From contig CANQKV010000003.1 of NCBI GenBank assembly GCA_947624545.1, forward strand, positions 1 to 51,910: a stretch of 51,910 nt of DNA. Direction: 5' to 3'. The stretch is from an uncultured Alphaproteobacteria bacterium (GTDB taxonomy: Bacteria > Pseudomonadota > Alphaproteobacteria > CAAHEQ01 > UBA3637). Each line of letters begins with the position of its first letter. Position 1 is the first letter of the stretch. A program made the translations under genes and the position numbers. Below are positions 38,783 through 46,482 of the stretch, one piece after another. Below the pieces are notes generated by a model. That model made no database searches. It had not been told where the DNA came from and saw only the letters and a list, made by a program, of their open reading frames with translations.

Positions 38783-39076
38783 ATTATGTTAAAAACGCCG
38801 GCGGAAATATCGCTGGAAATTGCACAGCGTGCCAAAACGGCACGATTAAATGCCAATTTATCCCAAAGCGGTTTAGCCGAAAGGTCGGGCGTGAGTTTAG
38901 GTTCGTTAAAGCGGTTTGAATCGACGGGACAAATCGCGCTGGAATCGCTTTTAAAAATTGCATTGACGCTGAATTGTCTGAATGAGTTTAACGCTTTGTT
39001 TTTAACGCCTGTTTCTCAAATTTCTTTATTTTCTCCGCATACCGAAAAAGTCCGAAAACGCGGGTTGTTAAAATAA
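38777..39076 (+). CDS. XRE-family HTH antitoxin (HipB-like)
   Basis: RLNANLSQSGLAERSGVSLGSLKRFE HTH; directly upstream of hipA. Confidence 0.88.
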   Translation: MSIMLKTPAEISLEIAQRAKTARLNANLSQSGLAERSGVSLGSLKRFESTGQIALESLLKIALTLNCLNEFNALFLTPVSQISLFSPHTEKVRKRGLLK

Positions 39077-39088
39077 AGCGGGGGAAGA

Positions 39089-40282
39089 ATGATTCGGTTG
39101 AATGTTTATTTGAATGCCTATCAAAAGCGTCAATTCGTCGGTGTTTTGGAACGGCGTGATCGCATTATGTTTGAATATGCGCCGACATTTTTAAAATCGG
39201 GCATTGAGTTGTCGCCGTTTATGTTACCGCTCAAAAGCGGTGTTTTTGTTGATAGCGAACAAACGTTTGACGGATTGTTCGGGCTTTTTAACGACAGTTT
39301 GCCCGACGGGTGGGGGTGTTTGCTTTTAGACAGATATTTGCAAAAGCAGGGTTTATCATATTATGCCATTAATCCGTTGCATCGGTTGTCCATTATCGGT
39401 TCGCAGGCAATGGGTGCGTTGGAATATGACCCGACGCCGACGCCGAATGATAATTGGAAAGATATTTTGCATTTGGATTCGTTATCCAAAGGAGCGGTAG
39501 AGATTATTCAGGGATCCAGTTCCGAATTGTTGGACAGATTAAAGGGTTTGAACGGATCGGCGGCAGGTGCGCGTCCGAAGATTGTGGCTTTGGTGTCAAG
39601 CGATTACAAAACCATTGTAAGCGGACGAATGGCAATGAAAGAATTTCAACCGTGGATTATTAAGTTTTCATCGAAATACGACAATCCGAATTTAGGGGCG
39701 TTGGAATATATTTATTCCGTTATGGCAAAAAAGGCGGGTGTGGATATGCCCGACACATATTTGTTTGAATCCAAGGAGTGTGCGGGACATTTCGGCGTGG
39801 CGCGATTTGATCGGCAAGGTGCCAACAAAATACACATACACAGTGCATGCGGCTTGTTACATGCTTCTCATCGAATGCCGACGTTGGATTATGAAAATCT
39901 GATGCGATTAACGGCGCATTTAACGCATGATATGCGTGAAGTGGAAAAAATGGTTCGGTTAATGATTTTTAACGTGAAAGCGGGCAACAAAGATGATCAC
40001 ACGAAAAACTTTTCCTATATGATGACGGCAGATTATCGGTGGAAAATGACGCCGGCGTATGACATAACACCCTCGGCGGGAATGAACGGGGAGCAAACGG
40101 CTATGGTAAACGGCAAAGGGCGGCACATTTTGAATGATGATTTAATTATGACAGCGCATTTGGCAGGCGTGAGTGAAGCCAAAACGAAGAAAATGATTGA
40201 AGAAGTGGAAGCGGCACTTTCCGATTTTCCGCGCTTATTAAAGGAATACGGCATTCAAACGAATCCGCGTGTTTATTTTTAA
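39089..40282 (+). CDS. hipA: HipA-family Ser/Thr kinase toxin
   Basis: DSLPDGWG, GSAAGARPK, IIKF, RFDR, GNKDDHTKNFS, PAYD. Confidence 0.95.
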   Translation: MIRLNVYLNAYQKRQFVGVLERRDRIMFEYAPTFLKSGIELSPFMLPLKSGVFVDSEQTFDGLFGLFNDSLPDGWGCLLLDRYLQKQGLSYYAINPLHRLSIIGSQAMGALEYDPTPTPNDNWKDILHLDSLSKGAVEIIQGSSSELLDRLKGLNGSAAGARPKIVALVSSDYKTIVSGRMAMKEFQPWIIKFSSKYDNPNLGALEYIYSVMAKKAGVDMPDTYLFESKECAGHFGVARFDRQGANKIHIHSACGLLHASHRMPTLDYENLMRLTAHLTHDMREVEKMVRLMIFNVKAGNKDDHTKNFSYMMTADYRWKMTPAYDITPSAGMNGEQTAMVNGKGRHILNDDLIMTAHLAGVSEAKTKKMIEEVEAALSDFPRLLKEYGIQTNPRVYF

Positions 40283-40289
40283 CGCTTTT

Positions 40290-40724
40290 TTATAAAGCGC
40301 TGAATTGAAAGGATATGTTTGAAGTTTCGTTTTGAGAGCATCCCTCTTTTTTTGCCGGTGCCGTTACGGTAATATCGGAAGCGGCTAAAACAGAACTCAT
40401 TTCCAACACCCGTTCGCAAATATTTGATGCCACGTTTTCAACGGTAATCTCATATTTCGGATTCAAGTCGTGTGTGAATTTATATGTTATTGTGTAATTT
40501 AAATTTGCCTTTAACAGACGAATGACTTCGTTTGATTGCGATTTATTCGTGTTGACGGAAGCTGATTTTTTTGCCATAAACAAAGCATCCCGAATTTGTC
40601 CGGCGCGATATGAAGCAAGCGCATATTCATAACCGCTTAAACTGCCGAGGGATAAAAGACCGATTAAGGCGAGAACCCCGATCATTTCAACCATACTGCG
40701 ACCGCTTTCCGTTTTGTTTTTCAT
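40290..40724 (-). CDS. Type IV pilin/pseudopilin-like protein
   Basis: Class III signal ESG|RSMVEMIGVLALIGLLS; C-terminal Cys pair. Confidence 0.85.
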   Translation of the reverse strand: MKNKTESGRSMVEMIGVLALIGLLSLGSLSGYEYALASYRAGQIRDALFMAKKSASVNTNKSQSNEVIRLLKANLNYTITYKFTHDLNPKYEITVENVASNICERVLEMSSVLAASDITVTAPAKKEGCSQNETSNISFQFSAL

Positions 40725-40873
40725 TTTTACTCCTTCCAAGAATCATTTATTTTTTTATATTGTAAAAAAAATCGTTTATAAAAGCAATCTTTTTTTCTCA
40801 AAATAAATAAAAAACAGGATAAAAGTTGATTATTTTTTCATTTTGTGATAAAATAATATGACAGGAGAGGAAA

Positions 40874-41326
40874 ATGGGCGTACATTTTACATTACAAGAT
40901 CCGCGTGTTACAAAGGCAATGCGCAAAGAGTTTGACAGACGAAATATGAATCAAAAATTCGTTAAATGGCTCTATCGTAAAGGTTTTTTAATACCATATG
41001 CCGACAAAATCAGTTTGGAGCGGTGTCGACGCGGTCGAATCCCCAACGGCTTCGATGTTCATCATATTGTGCCGTTAAGCGGCGGCGGCACAAATCATGT
41101 TTCGAATTTTTGCTTAATTGAACGCTCGCTTCATAAGTTTATCAACAAGAAATGCTTTGAACCGGCTGTTCGGCGTCTGAAAATCGGAGAAAGTGTTGAA
41201 ATAGAATTGCCTGATTTTCCGAAAGTGGCGTTACGTCGTGATTTTAACGGGTTTATCGATAAAAAATTGCAACACGACAGAGATCGGCAAAAGTTCTATC
41301 AATATTTGCGCCGATACGAAAGATAA
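40874..41326 (+). CDS. HNH endonuclease
   Basis: DVHHIVPLSGGGTNHVSNFCLIERSLH; GGAGAGG RBS; TTGATT-17-TAAAAT upstream. Confidence 0.9.
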   Translation: MGVHFTLQDPRVTKAMRKEFDRRNMNQKFVKWLYRKGFLIPYADKISLERCRRGRIPNGFDVHHIVPLSGGGTNHVSNFCLIERSLHKFINKKCFEPAVRRLKIGESVEIELPDFPKVALRRDFNGFIDKKLQHDRDRQKFYQYLRRYER

Positions 41327-41572
41327 ACTTCGCGAGCGAACTTGTAAGTTCTTATCCCTGCCGATTTTGCACAAAAAAATCCCCTCTGAAAGGGGATTTT
41401 TTATGGCGCACCCGCCATCGATTGCACTCCCTCGCGGGAGTGTCTTCACTGGCGTTCAGACCGCCTGCGGCGTCCGCTTCGTAAACTTCGCGAGCGAACT
41501 TGTAAGTTCTTATCCCTGCCGACTTTGCACAAAAAAATCCCCTCTGAAAGGGGATTTTTTATGGCGCACCCG
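41324..41572. repeat. tRNA-linked direct repeat: two 91-bp copies (41324-41414, 41482-41572), period 158 bp, each containing a terminator and the last 11 nt of tRNA-Arg
   Basis: Copies differ at one base by eye (GATTTTG vs GACTTTG); each holds ATCCCCTCTGAAAGGGGAT and TGGCGCACCCG. Confidence 0.95.
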
Positions 41573-41638
41573 GCAGGATTCGAACTTACAACCTTTTGAT
41601 CCGTAGTCAAATGCTCTATCCAATTGAGCTACGGGTGC
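41562..41638 (-). tRNA. tRNA-Arg(ACG)
   Basis: 77 nt; GCACCCG/CGGGTGC acceptor stem, anticodon arm TTTGA-CTACGGA-TCAAA, TTCGAAT loop, encoded CCA. Confidence 0.95.
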
Positions 41639-41780
41639 ATTTAACGTTTTTCCCTTATACACCTCTTTTTTTTATTTTGCAAGTCTTTTTTTCTCTTTTT
41701 CCGCTTTTTTTTGAAAAAATATTCTTTTCCCCTTTATAACTCCTTGTTTTGCCGATATTTCATTTTTTTTAAAATCATTA

Positions 41781-41809
41781 TTGACAGTCGTTTTAAAAAA
41801 TGATATAAT
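41781..41809 (+). promoter_or_regulatory. Consensus sigma70 promoter with extended -10
   Basis: TTGACA-17-TATAAT with TG just upstream of the -10. Confidence 0.7.
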
Positions 41810-41842
41810 AAGTTAAGTTTTTTCAATAAAGGAGAAGTCAAT

Positions 41843-42697
41843 ATGAGTACAGTGAATAACCCGTCACAAACTGATGCAGCTGCTATAGAAGCCGCCAAAA
41901 AGCAAGCGGCAGAAGATAAAAAACGCGCGGCAGAAGAGAAACTCTTAACAGATAAAGAGGTCAATGCTTACATTGATAAGGCAAAAGGCATTGATGGTCA
42001 GCCGGCAGAAGGAAAGGCAAAAGAAAAAGCATTGAGTAATCAAGATGCGCAAAATATCGAGAAGATTTCGAAAAATCCTCAAACGGTTGCAAAAATGAAT
42101 GAACTTTTGAGTGATCCCGTTGTTCAACATGCTTTTGTTTATTCGGCGGAATTTCGTAATACATTACTGAGCAACGCAGCTTCCGCTACCGGTTTATCGG
42201 ATAATGCTGTTAAAGATTTTAAAAAGCTTGTTGAAAGTAAAAACGTGCAAGATGAAATTGCCGAAACAAAAGAAACGCTCAAAAGACCTGAAATTAAAAA
42301 TATGACAGAAGAGCAAAAGAAATTTTTTGCCGAGGAAGACAGAATCGATGGATTGGACGAAGAGAAACGATTGATTCCTCGCTTCATGAATATAGCACAT
42401 GGTGCGCTTTTTTCGGGAGATCGGGTTGTTATGACGCAATCATTAGCATCGATTGTCGGTATGGGTGCCAGTATGGGCAAATTCGGTAAATTCGGCGGTG
42501 CTTTTCAACTGTTGAGCGGTTTCTTTGGGAAACAACGGTTTCTCAATTATATCAGCCTTGATTTTAATAATACATATGGTAACGGCAATTCCACAGAAGA
42601 TAGGAATAAGACCCTCGCTTCAGTTCAAAGCGGAAAACTGGCAAATGACCAGATTTTAGCCATGATGGGGAATATTGGTAACAGCGGCAATGCCTAG
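41843..42697 (+). CDS. Hypothetical alpha-helical protein
   Basis: 284-aa ORF with AAGGAG RBS, own promoter and terminator; no family recognised. Confidence 0.8.
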   Translation: MSTVNNPSQTDAAAIEAAKKQAAEDKKRAAEEKLLTDKEVNAYIDKAKGIDGQPAEGKAKEKALSNQDAQNIEKISKNPQTVAKMNELLSDPVVQHAFVYSAEFRNTLLSNAASATGLSDNAVKDFKKLVESKNVQDEIAETKETLKRPEIKNMTEEQKKFFAEEDRIDGLDEEKRLIPRFMNIAHGALFSGDRVVMTQSLASIVGMGASMGKFGKFGGAFQLLSGFFGKQRFLNYISLDFNNTYGNGNSTEDRNKTLASVQSGKLANDQILAMMGNIGNSGNA

Positions 42698-42743
42698 GTT
42701 GGGTTGCAGCCTTTTAAAGCTTGTCACATTGAGTTTTTATTGC

Positions 42744-42774
42744 AAAAAATCGGTCTTTTTCAGACTGATTTTTT
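42744..42774 (+). terminator. Rho-independent terminator
   Basis: AAAAAATCGGTCT-TTTTC-AGACTGATTTTTT. Confidence 0.7.
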
Positions 42775-42881
42775 GTATGCTTTAAGGCTTAAAGGTTTTT
42801 TCTGTTTTTTTCATTGACTTTTAAAGGATTTTTTGATATAATATAAGAAAACGAGGGATTTTCCAATAAGGAAAGGAGTTT

Positions 42882-43784
42882 ATGATGAGCGGTTTAGATA
42901 ATTTTATCAACGGATTAAAAGATACACAAAGCGCCATTAACCGAACGCAAAACGTTGCGAACAGGGTTAGTCGGGTGGCTTCCACCGGCACTAAAATTGT
43001 AAATACGGGCAGTAATCTGGCAGGAAGAGTAACGGGGGTGCAAACAACGTCAAACGGCACTACCGTCGCTGTTCAAACGCAAGGCGGTGCTGGGGCGGCA
43101 GATGAAGTTAACGGTGGGTTGATTGCCCCCGAGGGAACCTGTATTATTCTTCCGCCGCAAGTAACAACCGGCGGAAAACCGCGTTATATCGGGAAAGAAG
43201 CGTATCAAACCATTGTCGATATGATTAACGGAAAATCTACGGTGGGAAATGCGGTTGTTATCGGCGATGATATGAAGCTTTCTTCAAAAGTTTATGATAT
43301 TACCTCGTCGGGTGTGTTTTTAAAAGGCACAAATACGCCCGTTGACATTCAATATAACAGTGATCGTAAAGTTGCAGGGGTTTATTTAACCGAGCGTGAA
43401 TATGAATCGTGTGTGAAAGGCATTACAACAACGGATCAAAACACGCAAAAGTTTACAACTTCTTCCGAATTAGGTACTGCCGAAGATGAAGATGTAAGAC
43501 CATGGTATATTCGTTGGTTAAAAGAAATTATCATCGGAACAACGTTTGTTTTGGGTGGCGGGCTTATGTTTTGGTTGGTTCATCGACAGAAAAAGAAAAC
43601 AAAACAAGCCAACAATCAAGCAAACGATTTAAAACAACAAGCATCGACATTAACCGAGCAAGTGAATGATTTGCAAAAGCAAAATCAAAACACGCTGGCG
43701 GATAACGCGACAAAAGTCAATCCCGACACGTTAGACCCCTCCGCCTCTTTTGTGCAGGTTAATACGGGCAACAGTTTAGGCTGA
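42882..43784 (+). CDS. Hypothetical protein with a single TM near the C-terminus
   Basis: AAGGAG RBS, TTGACT-17-TATAAT (42814-42842); TM IIIGTTFVLGGGLMFWLV, then a basic patch and a Q/N coiled coil. Confidence 0.8.
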   Translation: MMSGLDNFINGLKDTQSAINRTQNVANRVSRVASTGTKIVNTGSNLAGRVTGVQTTSNGTTVAVQTQGGAGAADEVNGGLIAPEGTCIILPPQVTTGGKPRYIGKEAYQTIVDMINGKSTVGNAVVIGDDMKLSSKVYDITSSGVFLKGTNTPVDIQYNSDRKVAGVYLTEREYESCVKGITTTDQNTQKFTTSSELGTAEDEDVRPWYIRWLKEIIIGTTFVLGGGLMFWLVHRQKKKTKQANNQANDLKQQASTLTEQVNDLQKQNQNTLADNATKVNPDTLDPSASFVQVNTGNSLG

Positions 43785-43788
43785 AAAT

Positions 43789-44589
43789 ATGTTAACACCG
43801 ATGAACGATTTTTCGGAAAAAAACTCATCTGCGATTTTGGCAAAAACCGTTCGTTGTTTGGTGCAAAAAGTTCAGTTGTTGCAAAATGCCGTTACCGATA
43901 AAAAAACGGTTTCGCAAGTGGCGTTGGAACAACAACGTCAAGCAATGGCAAAGCTTAAAAATTTGGCGTTAAAAGAGCCGATCGGCGTTATGGGATATGT
44001 AACGGCGTGTTGTGTTACAAAAACGAATCTCAATCAGGTGTTTGATTTTCAATATATGCCGTTTCCCTCTGCCGACGGGGCAATTTTAAAAGCTTTTTTT
44101 GAACCGCAAAACATATTTGCGTTATTTCAAAAATATCAAGTGTTAAAAAGGGTTGATTTGCCTGTTTTTACGGCTGATTTTCCTGATTTGGGTCAAAAGC
44201 CGTTTTCGCCGCGGTTGTATGATGTTTTAAATGATACAAAAGACAATTCTCTTTCCTTTTCGAATGAGCTGGCATTTCTTTTTAAAGAGCGCTATTTTCA
44301 GTTGAATTCGGCGAATATAATTGAAAAGCGCGAAAAGCACCGTTTGCAAAACGTGATTGAAGAATTGGCTCAAAAAAATTATCCGTCCATGCAATTATTG
44401 GCGGCGCAAATTGCCGAAAGAAATCGGGAACCGTCGGTAATGAAAGAGTGGTTTAATGCGCTTTTACGCAACAAATACGGTTCGAAAGAACAAGTCAATC
44501 GGGCGCGGGAAGCTTTGCATTTCATTCATCGAAGTCGCAATCCTTTTCAAAAATCGTCTTTCGCAAAGAGTTTTGAGCGAAACGGATAA
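43789..44589 (+). CDS. Hypothetical protein
   Basis: 266-aa ORF starting 4 bp after the previous gene; no family recognised. Confidence 0.65.
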   Translation: MLTPMNDFSEKNSSAILAKTVRCLVQKVQLLQNAVTDKKTVSQVALEQQRQAMAKLKNLALKEPIGVMGYVTACCVTKTNLNQVFDFQYMPFPSADGAILKAFFEPQNIFALFQKYQVLKRVDLPVFTADFPDLGQKPFSPRLYDVLNDTKDNSLSFSNELAFLFKERYFQLNSANIIEKREKHRLQNVIEELAQKNYPSMQLLAAQIAERNREPSVMKEWFNALLRNKYGSKEQVNRAREALHFIHRSRNPFQKSSFAKSFERNG

Positions 44590-44695
44590 AATTGTTTTTT
44601 AAGCCCTGCGGTTTATGAATAAATTTTTTCAAAAAAACATTTTTTTTGTTGCGTTTTTTGAAAATATCGTTCATATTAAACGAAAAGGAGATAAA

Positions 44696-45163
44696 ATGAA
44701 AAAAACAGCGGAAAACGGTCGAAGTATGGTTGAAATGCTTGGTGTTCTTGCTATTGCGGGCGTGTTAAGCATTGGCGGTATCATCGGGTATAAACAGGCA
44801 ATGGAAAAGCAGCAATCAAATGCGTTAATGTTTGCTGCCGAACAATATGCCGGCATTATTTTTACGGGTAAAGGGGCGTTGAATGATCAATATGGAAATC
44901 CGAAAATACCGACGGCAGATGAATTGAATTTAAATCCGTTAAAGATTGGTATCAGTGTTACGAATAATTATTTACGGGATACGGGTGTTAAATTGCGATT
45001 AAGCTTTTTTAATGCAAATCTGTGTCGTATTTCTGCCGAGTTGGTCGGCGAGACTTGTATTTTGGCGCAGAATGTATGCCGAACGAATGATCATACGGGG
45101 CTGACTGATGATGATCGGGCGCGTATTGTCGGTTGTTTTGATCATGTTTTTCAATCAAGATAA
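44696..45163 (+). CDS. Type IV pilin/pseudopilin-like protein
   Basis: ENG|RSMVEMLGVLAIAGVLSIGG; four C-terminal Cys; AAGGAG RBS before ATG 44696. Confidence 0.88.
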   Translation: MKKTAENGRSMVEMLGVLAIAGVLSIGGIIGYKQAMEKQQSNALMFAAEQYAGIIFTGKGALNDQYGNPKIPTADELNLNPLKIGISVTNNYLRDTGVKLRLSFFNANLCRISAELVGETCILAQNVCRTNDHTGLTDDDRARIVGCFDHVFQSR

Positions 45164-45172
45164 GGAGGCTGT

Positions 45173-45535
45173 ATGAATAAAAACGAATCGGGACGGTCAA
45201 TGGTTGAAATGTTGGGCGTGCTTGCCATTATCGGTGTTTTATCGATTGGGGGCGTTACGGGCTATTCCATGGCAATGAATCGTTATCAGGCAGAGCAAAT
45301 TTTTAATGCGGCGGTGCAGTTGACGGCAACCACAACGGGGGGCGGAACGGCGACATCGGGTAAAACAATTAACGGAGTCGGTTTATCATTAGATGCAAAG
45401 GGGCGTGTGTGTTTGACATGGGGCGCTGTTTCAGATGATGTCAAAGAAATTGTTGAAACACGGATTGCGCCTTATGAACGCTCGGGTGATTGCATTAATT
45501 TTAAAAAGAAAAAGCGGTTATCTCAATCCGATTAA
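45173..45535 (+). CDS. Type IV pilin/pseudopilin-like protein
   Basis: ESG|RSMVEMLGVLAIIGVLSIGG; Cys pair; AAGGAGG RBS. Confidence 0.88.
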   Translation: MNKNESGRSMVEMLGVLAIIGVLSIGGVTGYSMAMNRYQAEQIFNAAVQLTATTTGGGTATSGKTINGVGLSLDAKGRVCLTWGAVSDDVKEIVETRIAPYERSGDCINFKKKKRLSQSD

Positions 45536-45571
45536 GTTCTTATTGTTTTTTTAAAACGAACAGAAAATAAA

Positions 45572-45622
45572 AACAGCGGGCAGAAAAACGGAAACTCAAG
45601 AAAAACCGTTCTGCCCGCCGTT
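45572..45622. terminator. Hairpin between convergent pilin genes
   Basis: AACAGCGGGCAGAA...TTCTGCCCGCCGTT inverted repeat. Confidence 0.65.
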
Positions 45623-45661
45623 CTTTGCTTTAAAAAGATGAACTTTTCAAAGCAAAAGTCG

Positions 45662-46108
45662 TTAGCTTTGTTTGAATACAATACCTGTTAAAGTTGAAGC
45701 GTTTCCGCAGTTGTTTGTTACGCCCAAAATACTGGCACCTGCTTTACAAACGCCGTTAGAGCCGAAATTAATAGTCATTGTAACCGAATCATTACTAACT
45801 GCCGTAGCGGTGATTTCCGCGCCGCCGGGTGTTTTATTTTTATTAGAACTGGTTGAATCTGTTGTTAAACCTGTACTATATAAAGTATGATTGCCTAGTG
45901 TAAATGTATTGTTCATTGCAGCAGCAGTTTGACTGGCTGAATATAATATAACGGCAAATTTGCTTGCCATATCTAACGCTTCGTTAGCCCGATAGCGGTT
46001 CATTGCCATAGAATAACCTGCAATACCGCCGATTGATAAAACGCCGATAATAGCCAAAACACCAAGCATTTCGACCATTGACCGACCTGATTCGTTTGTT
46101 CTTTTCAT
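45662..46108 (-). CDS. Type IV pilin-like protein, probable major pilin
   Basis: ESG|RSMVEMLGVLAIIGVLSIGG; S/T/N-rich head, C-terminal Cys pair; long structured leader. Confidence 0.88.
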   Translation of the reverse strand: MKRTNESGRSMVEMLGVLAIIGVLSIGGIAGYSMAMNRYRANEALDMASKFAVILYSASQTAAAMNNTFTLGNHTLYSTGLTTDSTSSNKNKTPGGAEITATAVSNDSVTMTINFGSNGVCKAGASILGVTNNCGNASTLTGIVFKQS

Positions 46109-46482
46109 TTTGTTTTCCTTTCATTTAAGTTTTTTTCAAGCTCCCCGAGCCTGAAAAACGTTATTTTTAAGGCATTACCGCCTTTTTTTTTCACCTTTGA
46201 GAGAAACTGTCCCTCAATAATCAGTATAAATTAAACGTACCTTTAATTCATCGTTTTTTTCGACAACTTTTTTTAAAAACGGGGGTTGAACGAGGAGGTT
46301 AAAAACTCAATAAAAATCAAAAAATTATGAGAGAAACAAAAAAAATGCAAAAAAGATAAAAAAAGATAAAAAAAAGTGTTGCAAAAAACGTACGTTTTTG
46401 CAACGCATATTTTTCCTTATATTTCAAATACTTAAAATAGTGCGTAAACGCTTGTTGAAACAAAACGGCGTTTTTGCTTATT

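Noticed and set aside
41324-41572. CRISPR array
   Set aside because: Only two 91-bp copies, each containing a terminator and tRNA end; no cas genes in the window
38777-41572. Integrative element bounded by a tRNA-Arg att duplication
   Set aside because: The only duplicate of the tRNA 3' end I found lies 158 bp away inside the repeat; no integrase or distal att site seen
41231-41606. ORFs 41238-41606 (+) and 41231-41449 (-)
   Set aside because: They overlap the HNH gene, the repeat and (for the + ORF) the tRNA antisense strand; artefacts
45173-46108. Pilin inversion switch or shufflon between the convergent pilin genes
   Set aside because: The geometry would allow it, but the conserved N-termini differ at many synonymous sites, both genes have their own RBS, and no invertase is in the window
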